The notes beneath the pieces are model-generated. The model did not search any database, had not been told where the DNA came from, and worked only from the letters and a program-made list of their open reading frames with translations. DNA of 64,000 bases from Eledone cirrhosa (taxonomy: Eukaryota), in the NCBI GenBank assembly GCA_964016885.1, contig OZ024740.1:217062001-217126000 (forward strand), read 5' to 3'. Shown here in pieces: positions 11,157-24,156 of the stretch; the first letter of the stretch is position 1, and the number at the start of each line of letters is the position of its first letter. The position numbers and the translations under genes are program-made.

Positions 11157-13705
11157 TGTGAGAAGGCATGCTTGACTTGTTATGGACATGACAATCACCT
11201 GTCATTGTGAGAAGGCATGCTTGACTGGTTATGGACATGACAATCACCTGCCATGGTGAGAAGGCATACATGACTGGTTATGGACATGACAATCACCTGT
11301 CATTGTGAGAAGGCATGCTTGACTGGTTATGGACATGACAATCACCTGTCATTGTGAGAAGGCATACATGACTGGTTATGGACATGACAATCACCTGTCA
11401 TTGTGAGAAGGCATGCTTGACTGGTTATGGACATGACAATCACCTGTCATTGTGAGAAGGCATACATGACTGGTTATGGACATGACAATCACCTGTCATT
11501 GTGAGAAGGCATGCTTGACTGGTTATGGACATGACAATTACCTGCCATGGTGAGAAGGCATACATGACTGGTTATGAACATGACAATCACCTGTCATTGT
11601 GAGAAGGCATGCTTGACTGGTTATGGACATGACAATCACCTGCCATGGTGAGAAGGCATGCTTGACTTGTTATGGACATGACAATCACCTGTCATTGTGA
11701 GAAGGCATACATGACTGGTTATGGACATGACAATCACCTGTCATGGTGAGAAGGGATGCTTGACTGGTTATGGACATGACAATCACCTGTCATTGTGAGA
11801 AGGCATACATGACTGGTTATGGACATGACAATCACCTGTCATTGTGAGAAGGCATGCTTGACTGGTTATGGACATGACAATCACCTGTCATTGTGAGAAG
11901 GCATGCTTGACTGGTTATGGACATGACAATCACCTGTCATTGTGAGAAGGCATGCTTGACTGGTTATGGACATGACAATCACCTGTCATTGTGAGAAGGC
12001 ATGCTTGACTGGTTATGGACATGACAATCACCTGTCATTGTGAGAAGGCATGCTTGACTGGTTATGGACATGACAATCACCTGTCATTGTGAGAAGGCAT
12101 GCTTGACTGGTTATGGACATGACAATCACCTGTCATGGTGAGAAGGCATGCTTGACTGGTTATGGACATGACAATCACCTGTCATTGTGAGAAGGCATAC
12201 ATGACTGGTTATGGACATGACAATCACCTGTCATTGTGAGAAGGCATGCTTGACTGGTTATGGACATGACAATCACCTGTCATTGTGAGAAGGCATACAT
12301 GACTGGTTATGGACATGACAATCACCTGTCATTGTGAGAAGGCATGCTTGACTGGTTATGGACATGACAATCACCTGTCATTGTGAGAAGGCATACATGA
12401 CTGGTTATGGACATGACAATCACCTGTCATTGTGAGAAGGCATGCTTGACTGGTTATGAACATGACAATTACCTGCCATGGTGAGAAGGCATACATGACT
12501 GGTTATGAACATGACAATCACCTGTCATTGTGAGAAGGCATGCTTGACTGGTTATGGACATGACAATCACCTGCCATGGTGAGAAGGCATGCTTGACTTG
12601 TTATGGACATGACAATCACCTGTCATTGTGAGAAGGCATACATGACTGGTTATGGACATGACAATCACCTGTCATGGTGAGAAGGGATGCTTGACTGGTT
12701 ATGGACATGACAATCACCTGTCATTGTGAGAAGGCATACATGACTGGTTATGGACATGACAATCACCTGTCATTGTGAGAAGGCATGCTTGACTGGTTAT
12801 GGACATGACAATCACCTGTCATTGTGAGAAGGCATGCTTGACTGGTTATGGACATGACAATCACCTGTCATTGTGAGAAGGCATGCTTGACTGGTTATGG
12901 ACATGACAATCACCTGTCATTGTGAGAAGGCATGCTTGACTGGTTATGGACATGACAATCACCTGTCATTGTGAGAAGGCATGCTTGACTGGTTATGGAC
13001 ATGACAATCACCTGTCATTGTGAGAAGGCATGCTTGACTGGTTATGGACATGACAATCACCTGTCATTGTGAGAAGGCATGCTTGACTGGTTATGGACAT
13101 GACAATCACCTGCCATTGTGAGAAGGCATACATGACTGGTTATGGACATGACAATCAGCTGTCACTGTGAGAAGGCATGCTTGACTGGTTATGGACATGA
13201 CAATCACCTGTCATTGTGAGAAGGCATGCTTGACTGGTTATGGACATGACAATCACCTGTCATTGTGAGAAGGCATACATGACTGGTTATGGACATGACA
13301 ATCACCTGTCATTGTGAGAAGGCATGCTTGACTGGTTATGGACATGACAATCACCTGTCATGGTGAGAAGGCATGCTTGACTGGTTATGGACATGACAAT
13401 CACCTGTCATTGTGAGAAGGCATACATGACTGGTTATGGACATGACAATCACCTGTCATGGTGAGAAGGCATACATGACTGGTTATGGACATGACAATCA
13501 CCTGTCATGGTGAGAAGGCATACATGACTGGTTATGGACATGACAATCACCTGTCATGGTGAGAAGGCATACATGACTGGTTATGGACATGACAATCACC
13601 TGTCATTGTGAGAAGGCATACATGACTGGTTATGGACATGACAATCACCTGTCATGGTGAGAAGGCATACATGACTGGTTATGGACATGACAATCACCTG
13701 TCATT
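11157..13705. repeat. 49-bp minisatellite (GTGAGAAGGCATGCTTGACTGGTTATGGACATGACAATCACCTGTCATT)n, about 52 units
   Basis: Unit read directly; period 49. Confidence 0.98.
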
Positions 13706-13849
13706 CTACCTGAGTAGAAAAACACCTGTTGTTTAGTCTAAGGAAAAAAACCAACAAACAAAAAAAAACTATCTGTTGTTTACTCTGTGGTCTATTGGCT
13801 TATATCATATGCTCTCCAGATTGAAACCAGTCTCTCCCTCCCTCTCTAT

Positions 13850-13900
<51 letters not shown>

Positions 13901-14139
13901 GGGCAGAGCTTCATCACCGTCATCCTCACCATCATTTTTATGTCCAATTTTCCATTTTGCATGGATGGATGGGTCCTTTTCAGCACAATCTCTCCACACA
14001 TTGGGATCCTTCATCATAAGACTATACCAGAAGTCACTTGCCCAAGGAGCTACACAGAAGTATGAAACCTGAAAGAATATGATGTGAAACAAATTCCCTA
14101 ACCACCTGAACTTTCTTTTCATTTAATCCCTGTCTTCAT

Positions 14140-14580
14140 ATTATACATGTTCTTTCATTTTGAGTCATTCCTCCATAGAAAGTGAAGCATGTACATAGTT
14201 CTTGTTCCAGACTTCCTAATTTCTCATCATAGCAAATAGATCCCATCCAGTGAAGTGAGTGTCCCTCACCAGAGTCCTGATGGTTACATTTGGATGTCCT
14301 ACATGGTGCTTTGCATCTAGTGACCAAAGAAGCAGTTTCCTTGCAGGTTCATCATGGCAGGAAACATGACCAGCAAGAGCCAAGTGAAGGAATCAAACTT
14401 GCGATGAAACTCGTGGCAGGTCACCATAAAGAACTTTGTTAGTAGTGTGACATTTCCACAAAATGTTGAACACTACACGTAATATCTTGGTGTAGGAACC
14501 ATTAAATCTCCTTGAATGGGTGACAATGAGAGTCCAGGACTCTGAACCATTTAGCAAGATGGCCTTGACCCTGTACTTCG
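14140..14580 (-). pseudogene. Decayed RTE-group (RTE-X-like) LINE ORF C-terminus
   Basis: Minus translation RRFNGSYTKILRVVFNILWKCHTTNKVLYGDLPRVSSQV*FLHLALAGHVSCHDEPARKLLLW, typical of the post-RT region, with an internal stop. Confidence 0.72.
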
Positions 14581-14684
14581 TAAATCTATATTATACCTGT
14601 ATGTTGATTAATTAACCAATTAGCTGATATAAAGGTGAACATGAAAGAAAAAAATGTATAAATATAACTGTCATTTTTTTCCAG

Positions 14685-14835
14685 GTGGTATTGGTGGCAG
14701 TTTATTGAATCAATCGGCCGTAAACATTAAACAGGAGCATGAATCGTCGAGTCCATCACACCCCCTTTTTCGACATGGTGTTTGCAAATGGCCGGGCTGT
14801 GATACACCAAATGAAGATTTTCCTTCCTTCATTAA
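14685..14835 (+). CDS. FoxP: FoxP coding exon B (GGIGG...HPLFRHGVCKWPGCDTPNEDFPSFIK), first half of the C2H2 zinc finger, 151 nt
   Basis: Acceptor tttttttccAG, donor AA|GTAAGT. HGVCKWPGC is diagnostic of FoxP. Phase 1 in, phase 2 out. Confidence 0.96.
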
Positions 14836-14931
14836 GTAAGTATATCAAGATATCTTTGTGTCTGTGTGCCTATATATATATATATATAGGTGTGTGTGTA
14901 AAGCAGTATAGTTAACATGAAGCATTGTTTT

Positions 14932-14969
<38 letters not shown>

Positions 14970-15333
14970 GTAGTGGGACTGGGAAGACCACAAATCAAAG
15001 ATGTATTCAATACATGGTATGATGCCAAGTACGTATATAGGCTCAACAGTGAGCTCATAGTCGATCCTTTACTTTTACTTATATATATATATATATTTAA
15101 AAGGTAAATAGAAATAACAACACAATCGATACAGTATATGGAAGGAATATATTAGGTTAATGCTTTAAATAGCAGGAAGAGAGTCTTAACGTTTTGGATG
15201 ATAGTCCTTCATGAGAAGAAAGAATTAGAAATTAGAAAGATTGAAGGGACGGGCGGGGTGGAATCAGAAAAAAATGTTTTTAGAGAAAAATAACAGGTCC
15301 ATTCATGTTGCCATCTCTTGGAAATATATATAC

Positions 15334-15365
<32 letters not shown>

Positions 15366-17094
15366 ATCATCATTTTTATGTCTGCTTTTCCATATTTGCA
15401 TGGGTTGGACATGTATATATATGGGTGATATATGTGTATGTGGTGACTTGGAAAAACTGTTAGAGCCTTTGGTAAAATGCCCTATATTGTTTATTCTGTC
15501 TCCTTGCATTCTGAGTTCAAATGGCTTTTACCAAGATTTAAAATAGGATTAGAGACTTGACTCATTTGAAGCCCAATTTTAATGTATGGTGTTATCCACT
15601 AAATGTGGATAAATGTTGTATTATCAAACTACTGCTAATTTTTAGTGCTCACCAGAACTGAATATATAGATCAGTAATGTAGTTACTCCAGCTTCAACTG
15701 GATAGATGCAATATGTCCTATCATATGACAGTCACAGGTAGAAAGACCTTCTTACGTCTAGCAATGAAAGTTTAATGAATAGAATAAACTAAGCCATGTC
15801 TCCTTACGATTAAGAAATATTACCCAAAGATCAGCATTGTTAACCTTTTTGTTGTACTGACAAAAAATAAATAGAATAAAATATAGAAACATGGAGAAAG
15901 AGAGAAGAGAGGGGGTGAGAAACAGAGGGGGGTGCAGGGGAAATTGTAAAAATGTTTGAATTATATATTTGATCTAAGGTTTGTAGTTTGTTTCTGGTTG
16001 ACTGTAAAATCTTTGATATTCTCAGCACCAAATAAAAGTGGCAGGAAGCATTCATTAGATCTTAATATTCAAATAATTATTATCAACTTCACAAAATGTC
16101 TTAATAACACATTTGTTTTTCTGATAGTCATTCTTTCATTGAGTGTGTCTTTGTGAGTATATGTATGTGTTCACATCCTATTGGCTTTTTAATGTAACTC
16201 TATATGTATTTACACACTCACACACATATGAAGGTCTTTAGCACAGTTTCTATCCACCATATTTCACTCACAGAATGTTGGTCAAGTCAAAGCTATAATT
16301 GAAGAAACTATAGCAGGACACTGGGTTGTATGAATATAACAAGACAATCGGTTGTATGAATATAACAGGAGACTAGGTTGTATGTACAATATTTATTTAA
16401 CAAGGTTGAGTTATGTAGAGCAGAATAGTTGACATGCCAAGAGAGATGAAAGAATGAATTAAAGTTATTTGTTTACCCTTTTTGAAGTCAGCACACATTA
16501 GACCAAGAGGTCTTTACATTACTATGAGCCATGTAGTAGGACCAAGCCTGAAACCATATGACTGTAAATTAATTATCTAAGCAATATAGCCATGCTTGCA
16601 TCTCTCACTCTCTGTGATTATTAGGGGACTTATCCATGAAAGTAGTGTTGCAACAACACAAAGATAATCTGATTTAAGCAGTTAAAAGCAATTCATGTCA
16701 GTCACATTTATCCAGCATTGTGATGGTGATTAAACATGACAGAGTTTCCATGTATAAAATGACGTTAATGTTATGTTTACATAATTGTATTTATTACATT
16801 ATACATATTTCAGTGACATGGTTGGTAGTTAATATGTAATGGTTACGTCAGTAACTGGCACTGGTGTGATATCATCAGATGCTAACACAATTATATGAAG
16901 TGGTTATGTTGATATGTCACAGATAAAATAGAACCATCCTAATGTTGATACAGTGATTGTATGACACACTGACTCTAGTTTCTCCTTAGTGTTTCTGTGG
17001 GAAAGAAGTATCTATTTTCTGATTGTTGGAATCTACAGACTCTAAGAAATGTTGGTTAATTCTAGTAGAACTAATGAACATTACCTGCAACATA

Positions 17095-17360
17095 GCCCAC
17101 ACTGTAAAGTGGTCATGTAATTATTACGACAAAAAGCACCCAGCCCATACTATAAAGTGGTCCTGTAGGAGGCACGGCAAAAAGCACCCAGCCCACACTG
17201 TAAATGTGGTTGGCGTTTGAAGGGCATCCAGCCATAGAAACCAGCCACAAACAGTCCTATATGAGCAACACACGTTCACCCAATGCAACTTGCCTCAAAT
17301 GGGACAGACCCATCTAACCCATGCTAGCATGGAAAATAGACGTTAAACGATGATGATGAT
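17095..17360 (+). mobile_element. SINE/RTE-A-related 3' fragment with (GAT)n tail
   Basis: CACACTGTAAA repeats, GAAGGGCATCCAGC, CCATGCTAGCATGG stem-loop, ACGTTAAACGATGATG tail. Confidence 0.75.
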
Positions 17361-17617
17361 ATCACACTGGTGCCTCGTACCATGTCATTGAAATATGTAT
17401 AATGTAATAAATCCAATTGTATAAAAATAACATGTTTTGATGTTATTTTGTATATATATATATATATATACACACACACATATGTATATGTGTGTATATA
17501 TATATATATGTATGTATGTGTGTATATATATATGTATATATATTTATATAATATATATATAGATGTGTATGTGTGTGTATATATATATGTATATATATAT
17601 ATATATGTGTGTATATA

Positions 17618-18909
17618 CAGGGTGCGAACGATATTTGTTCGCAAGATTACTGTCTATGAAAAAATAAAACAGTAGTTTTATTTTTTAAGATTTATTTATC
17701 AAACTTGGGTCAGTTTATCTTCATGACTTGTTCTTTCGATCTCACTCGATAAACCCGCCATTGGCTTTGACGACAGCCTCAAGGCGGCCTCGGAAGCGGC
17801 TACAAGCCTTCGTCACTGACCCCCCGACTTAGACCCCTAAAAGCATTTGTGATCCTGGCCTTCAGATCGTATTTCGTATTGCAGCTAGATCTGCTGGTGT
17901 CTCGTTCCACTGTGCCCCACACAAAGAAGTCGAGGGGTTGCAGTCAGGCAAGCTGGGAGGCCAGATGTCATGTGAAGTGTGGTCGACGAAGTTCTCTGAC
18001 AGCCAGGCTTGGGTCTTTCGGCTGGTATGGCAGGGCACTGAGTCTTTCTGCCACACGTATGGCCTACCTGCAGCTACCTGGTCAATCCAGGGCTTTACTA
18101 CCTCGCTCAGAACGCGGATGTAGCCACCGGTGTTCAGCTTGAGGCCCTCAGGGAAGAAGTGAAGTGGCATGACGTCACCTTGACTGCTGACGACACCTAA
18201 GATCAATGTTGTCGCTGGAAACTTTGTCTGCATGACTCTAGGCACGTCTTTGGATGAGACAGCGAGCCACCTGTTGTTCTGGGAGTTAATCTTCTGGTCT
18301 TGGCAGAAGTTTTTCTCGTCAGAGAAAAACCACAGCATGTCTGGCTCCAGTGGCTGTTTCAACTTGTTGATCAGCTTCTTTTGATGCTTCAGTTGCTTTT
18401 CTTGCATCACCTTTGACAGAAATTGTCCTTTCCTCATCTTGTATGAAACGTAGCGAATGTCTTCATGTACCACCAGCCTAATGAGCTTTTCATCCACGCC
18501 TTTCTCCCTTGCAATGGCATGCATCGACTTGCTAGGTTCATTGTTGATGATATCCTGAACTTCAGCGACGAACTCGGGCGTTCTGGAGGCGTCAGATCGT
18601 CGATCATGTGTTTTCCTCTCTGATGTTGCTTTGTAGTCGAATCCTGAATCTTCCAATTCCTTTCTGACCTTTTCTACCATTCTCCTGTTGATGCTGAGAA
18701 AGTCTGAAATTTCCTTATTTGTCCTCCCGGCGCGGATTCCAAGAAGAACTCCATGTCTCTTCCACAAATTTGGAGGTTCAAAATTATTCATAATCAATTA
18801 TTTTGAAAATAAATAATGGAAATATAGTCACTGTTTTATGAGTGACAACGGAAGTAAAAAAAAATTGCATAAAATTAGCAGTTGAAAATTGCGAACAAAT
18901 ATCGTCCGC

Positions 18910-18915
<6 letters not shown>
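17618..18915 (-). mobile_element. Tc1/mariner superfamily DD37D (maT) transposon, full length, about 1.3 kb
   Basis: 27-bp TIRs CAGGGTGCGAACGATATTTGTTCGCAA (17618-17644 and 18889-18915), TA flanks, internal transposase. Confidence 0.93.
17742..18797 (-). pseudogene. maT/DD37D transposase with C-terminal frameshifts
   Basis: Motifs FSDEK, WQKDSVPCH, WPPSLPDCNP. A 1-nt loss near 17935 breaks NPLDFFVWG; restoring it gives 37 residues between D2 and D3. The C-terminus ACSRFRGRLEAVVKANGGFIE* is in another frame. Confidence 0.9.
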
Positions 18916-18955
<40 letters not shown>

Positions 18956-19050
18956 AAAGTTTAACAAGGTTCAATGAATTCATCAATGAATAAAGTTTCA
19001 CAATAGATTATAAGCACTCTACAAGAAGGTTTTCTGGAGTTATTAATATT

Positions 19051-19403
19051 ACTTCAAAATATTAATAAATATAGACATTCATGTGATCAAATATATTTTA
19101 TTATACATCTATGATGATGATGATGATGATTTCAGAGATACTGAGCTATTTCAACAGTACATCCTCATCAGATAAAATAAGTTGATGCTTGACTTACCTT
19201 GACGATGTTGATGGTTATAATTTAGCCATGGCAGTCATACTGCCATGGCTAAATTATAACCATCAACATAGTCAAGGTATGTCAAGCATCAACTTATTTT
19301 ATCTGATGAGGATGTACTGTTGGAATAGCTCAGTATCTCTGAAATATGTATAATAAAATATATTTGATCACATGAATGTCTATATTTATTAATATTTTGA
19401 AGT
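19051..19403. mobile_element. Palindromic element 2, near-perfect foldback with a 3-nt loop (19236-19238)
   Basis: About 165-bp arms; hammerhead motif and AATAAA in the right arm; left arm interrupted by (GAT)n. Confidence 0.75.
19295..19360 (+). ncRNA. Minimal type I hammerhead ribozyme
   Basis: TATTTTAT-CTGATGA-GGATGTACTG...CAGTATCTCT-GAAA-T-ATGT-A-TA-ATAAAATA: 8-bp stem I, imperfect stem II, AUA triplet. Confidence 0.72.
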
Positions 19404-19410
19404 TATATAT

Positions 19411-19444
<34 letters not shown>

Positions 19445-19757
19445 GTATCACATGTGTTATATCTATAGGCATTATTATTAACATATTTTTGAAATGTTTG
19501 TTGATGTTATGAAGCCGAAGCTATTGAATGGGTGGCTTGTAGTAGTTATTTGTATTAAAGTTGATGTTGCACAACTTTAATGTTTGTAATATTATGTTAA
19601 GATGATAAAGCTACATGATATATGTACATATTTAAAGTATTAGTTGTACAGGAACAGTCCTGAAATCAGTTGCTACTAGATCAATATAAAACTATTTTCA
19701 AGTATATTTCAACAAACAGATTTGATAGGAATCAGGTTTTATAGATTTTGTCTTTAA

Positions 19758-20430
19758 GGGTGGTTAATTGGCAGAACCATGATAGCATTGAACCAAATGC
19801 TTTGCCATACTTGTTCCACCCACGACTTTACCTTCATCCTCATCATCATCATCATCAATATTTAATGTCCATTTTCCATGCTAGCATGGGTTAGAGGTAC
19901 GTCAGGTCAGGTAACCATGTCTTGCTCATGTAGAACTTTCTGGCTTGGTTTCTATGGCTGGATGCCCCAACCACATCTACAGTGTGTACTGGGTGCTTTT
20001 TGTCATGACACCTACACAACCCCTTTACAGTCTGTACTGGGTGCTTTTTGTTGTGACACCTACATGACCACTTTACAGTGTGTACTGGGTGCTTTTTGTC
20101 ATGACTCCTACACGACCACTTTATAGTGTGAACTGGGTGCTTTTTGTTTGTGATATCAACATTACTTTACAGTGTAAGGGTGGTATGGTCAGATGTGGGT
20201 GGATGGGTGTTGGGGCATGGAAGGGGGTATAGAGGTTAAGAGGTGCCTACTAGATGTATGTTTGAGTCACCTCTTAACCACATCCGAGTTCAAATCTCGT
20301 TGAGGTCCACTTTTCCTTTCATCCTTCTGTTGTCAATAAAATCAAGTACCAGTCATATACTGGGTTTGATGTAATCAGCTTTTTCTTCCCCTAAAATTGT
20401 TGGCTTTGTGCTTAAACTAGAAATCATTAT
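19758..20430 (+). mobile_element. SINE family 2 copy split by a minus-strand RTE-A 3' fragment (about 19835-20270)
   Basis: SINE head (GGTGGTTAATTGGCAGAA) and body (GAGTTCAAATCTCG...TTTCATCC) flank the nested insert. Confidence 0.65.
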
Positions 20431-20696
20431 AGATGTTGTGTTTGTTTACAAGAGTAATCATTGGTGCACCACACAAAGTTTGGTACACAATCTCAGCTAT
20501 TTTAGTGGTACTCACCATGTAGTAGATTTGGGACACAATCCAGTAGCTAATTTGGGGGAATTCTTCTAGAGACAAAATGAATTTTGTTTTTATTTAGACT
20601 GTTTATAATTTTACTTTATAGCACTTTCATATTCTTCTTCTTCTCCCACTTATTCCTGAGAGGGTCGTTGGGGCAGAGTCTTCAAACACTCGTTCT

Positions 20697-20950
20697 AGAA
20701 TTTGCCTCATGAAGCTTGGGCTGAAAAATAGGTCACTGTGGGTGGTGCAAGTTTATGCCCCAAACAAGGAGTCCGAATAGAGGTCCTATCTTGATGAAGT
20801 CACTGCAGCGTTAGATGTAGTTAAGACTGAGTCATATAACCTGATATTATACATCAATGTACATGTTGGCACTGACCACCTGACATGGGAAGGAGTGATT
20901 GGAAGGAATGGCAACCCCGATCTAAATACAAATGGAGAGGTCTTACTAAA
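20697..20950 (+). pseudogene. RTE-type apurinic endonuclease fragment
   Basis: RICLMKLGLKNRSLWVVQVYAPNKESE*RSYLDEV...NVHVGTDHLTWEGVIGRNGNPDLNTNGEVLL. Confidence 0.8.
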
Positions 20951-21057
20951 ACACTTTTATGTTTATTCATTTTTTCCTTTTTTTTTTTGCCATCACATTT
21001 GTGTGTTCTCTAAATCCTGCTATTTATCTGAACTCCAAGTATGTTATTGGCAATTTA

Positions 21058-21247
21058 ATGTATCTACTTGAATATAAACCAAGGAATATGTGACCAAAAT
21101 ATCAAGGGTAAAATGGTGGAGTGGCTTATATGCCCCATAAAACATTGTGTTGATTAGCTGCCTCAGCTTATAAACAGGGCTTGGATTTTTACCTATTTCT
21201 CAAACATGAAATAGGGTGGGTCAGCTTATATTCATGTATATACAGTA
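21058..21247 (+). mobile_element. Tc2/pogo-like MITE, diverged copy
   Basis: Similar to 43408-43605. Confidence 0.6.
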
Positions 21248-21369
21248 AGTTCTTTCTTCATACAGAGCAACTGTAAGTATGAGATATTTCTGGAGGTTCA
21301 ACTATGTTGATGTAAATGAATAGAAATGTTGTTCTGTTCTCTATAAGGAAATGTTGTAGAATTGTGATG

Positions 21370-21660
21370 ACATGTAGCTTAGTGGTTAGTGTGTTGGGCT
21401 CACATTTGTAAGGTTGGGAGTTCAGTTCCCAGTGCAGGTGGCATGTTGTGTCCTAGAGCATGATATTTTACTTTATTTCATGTTGCTCTTGTACACTCAA
21501 CTGAAAAAAATTGAGTTGTGACCACACTGGTGCCAATCTTTTCACTTGGACAACACCAGTGATGTGTAAAGGGGAGACATACATGCTGGTCTTTCAAAAA
21601 ATACTTTGCCTAGATTTGTCACTTGGGAGAGGTATATCATGGCCAGTCGGGCCTGAAAGG
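21370..21660 (+). mobile_element. Old tRNA/CORE-like SINE
   Basis: A-box-like TAGCTTAGTGG, B-box-like GAGTTCAGTTCC; similar to 51808-52140. Confidence 0.65.
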
Positions 21661-22385
21661 AACCCGTTCTTTTCTTTTGTTTAACTGTAAGAGATGTAGG
21701 ATTTTAAGGAATAATGTTTAATTGTAAAGAAATGTATGTAGAAAAGTTTTGTGTTCTGTTAGGAATGCTGTAGAATCGAAAGTGAATGTAAGTAGAACTG
21801 TTTTGTGGTTTGTAAAGAATGCTGTAGAAGCATAATGGAATGTTCTAGCAATGTAAAGGTTGTGGAATGATAATGTAAAGAAGTGTATGTAGAATGGTTC
21901 TACGGTCTGTAAGAAATGCTGTAAAATGTGTATACGGTAATATTCTCCTAGTCACTTCAATTAGTTTATGGTAAGACACAGATTAAAATATTTCAGAGAG
22001 GAAACAAGAAGAGGGAATTGATGACACCTAAAATATTGATTTAACTGAAAGACAGCTACATCTGCTGCTTGCTCAAAAATTCTGGAACAATATTTAATGA
22101 TCAGCTGTATATTTATTAGAAGATGGATTTACACAAGTAAACCATATAATCTCACATACACACACACACTCATGATTATACACACATGCTCACACACTCA
22201 TACATACACGCACACACACACTCATACATACATGCACACACACTCATACATACACACACAAAAGTGCACCAGCAATTATGTGACTAAGTACATATAAATG
22301 GGTAAAGTGAAAGGCTGTCTCTGAAAGTGGACATGATTGAGTAGACAAATCAATAATCAATGTGTGTGTATACATATATATATAT

Positions 22386-22423
<38 letters not shown>

Positions 22424-23672
22424 ACAAGTAGATAAATATCTTGTATTTGGTGCCATCATCACTCACCAGCTTTAGTTCGAAATGTCTCTTCTTAAAGAGA
22501 CAAATAAAAGAGGTCAATGGAATCACCATTCTGATTTGTTCAAGATCTCTAATAAATCATCAAATGTACTTTCTGTACTAAAAGAAATCACTTAATGATA
22601 CTGTTTGACTTAAGTGACTGAACGATCAGGAATCCTTTTTATGTTTTCACTTACAAATACTTTACAAAGATTAACATTCAAACTATGGACTATTACCATG
22701 TTATAAAACTATGGAACTATTAACACCCTATAATGATTAAACATAATAAAAATTAGAAAAGAAATTGTTATTTGAAATGTTTATAGAATCTTTACTGGTG
22801 AACAGATCATGATTTGCAGTAAACTAAATAACTTGAACTTTTAATGTGATTCAGCCGAAATGCTGTTTGTACTTTTCATGTAGTACAGGATATTGAGTTA
22901 AATTTTACTTGATTTAATAACCTGGGCTTCATAAAACTAGAAAGAACATGGCTTTTACTGTTGGCTCCCAAATTATAATCGGGGTGTTGGAATAAGTGGG
23001 AGCGAGGTTGGAGAATCAGTAATGGGGTGTTGGAATAAATGGGAGCGAAGTTGGAAAATCAGTAATTTTTCTAGGTTGTCTCTAATTTAAAAAAAATCTG
23101 AATTTGTTATTTAGTTTACATATTGAGCCTCCAACCCATCCTATTTATTTTAGAATGTATGGGATTTCTAGTAATGTTCTTTTTTGTCATGTATAAAGTA
23201 AAATAATTGTCGCAGGAATGCTATCACTTGAAATAAAATTATAGAGTAGCAAAATTTCAATGGGAAGAGGGCTGAAAAATTAATGAGGGGTGGGGGCGTT
23301 ATTCCAGTTCCAAGAGTACAAGCTATTAAAGAAACTTTTCAAAGTTGTAAAACAAGAGTAGTTTAAACTGTACTAGGTACATACACACATGTAGACATAA
23401 AAACATATGTATAACATACACATACAAATATCTATGTATTGACCTAATTACCTTTCTACCTATCTATCTGTCTGTCGGTTTACCACTCCCTTCTCTCCCT
23501 CCCTCTCTCCATACCTTGATCCCTATTTATAAATTCTTACAAAAGATCTTTGCTTTGGATTTGGAAACCAGATCTCTCTCCATTGTTGAGAGATTCTAAA
23601 AATACAACCAGAAGGACATGTATGTATATATATATATATATACACAACCAGAAGGACATGTATGTATGTATG

Positions 23673-23705
<33 letters not shown>

Positions 23706-23921
23706 GATAAGATATCATTATAGGTAATCCTATTAGAGGTTGTGAATACTTCTTATCATGGATAGTTTTAGCGTATGGCATTGTATGACTCAACAAGAGG
23801 TTTACGTAGATGACGAGTTTATGACTTCACTTGTATTCCTATGTAAGTATATCTTGGAGTAATAACATTGAAAAAGTGAAGAATAACATGGTCAACAGTA
23901 CAAACAAGGAAATTTATTTAC

Positions 23922-24028
23922 AGCCTAACAATTGTTTCAATGATAGAGTTGTCTAAAAATTTCTAAACACTGGAAGCAGTGCCACTCGATTTAAAATACA
24001 TGTTAACCGCATCATTTCGTCAGAGACT
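23922..24028 (-). ncRNA. Mirror hammerhead copy in the left arm of palindrome 3
   Basis: Same core CTGACGA/GAAA and CAATTG stem III; stem I 3' arm AGGCT contains one wobble. Confidence 0.65.
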
Positions 24029-24156
24029 GAGAGAAAATATAAAAATATAAAAATATAAAAATATAAAAATATAAAAATATAAAAATAAAAAAATAAAAAA
24101 AAAATATTTGAATTTGTAAATTTGCCGGTTACGCATATATTTTTATATTTTCTCTC

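Noticed and set aside
11157-13705. CRISPR-like palindromic repeat arrays (also 38234-42537, 43724-44440, 53168-54980, 59917-60091)
   Set aside because: Units are head-to-tail with no unique spacers, there are no cas genes, and the context is a eukaryotic intron.
14960-15075. Short similarity to 51380-51510 (AAGACCA...ATTCAA...CAAC..TGAGCTC) between (TA)n tracts
   Set aside because: Similarity is too patchy to define a family by eye.
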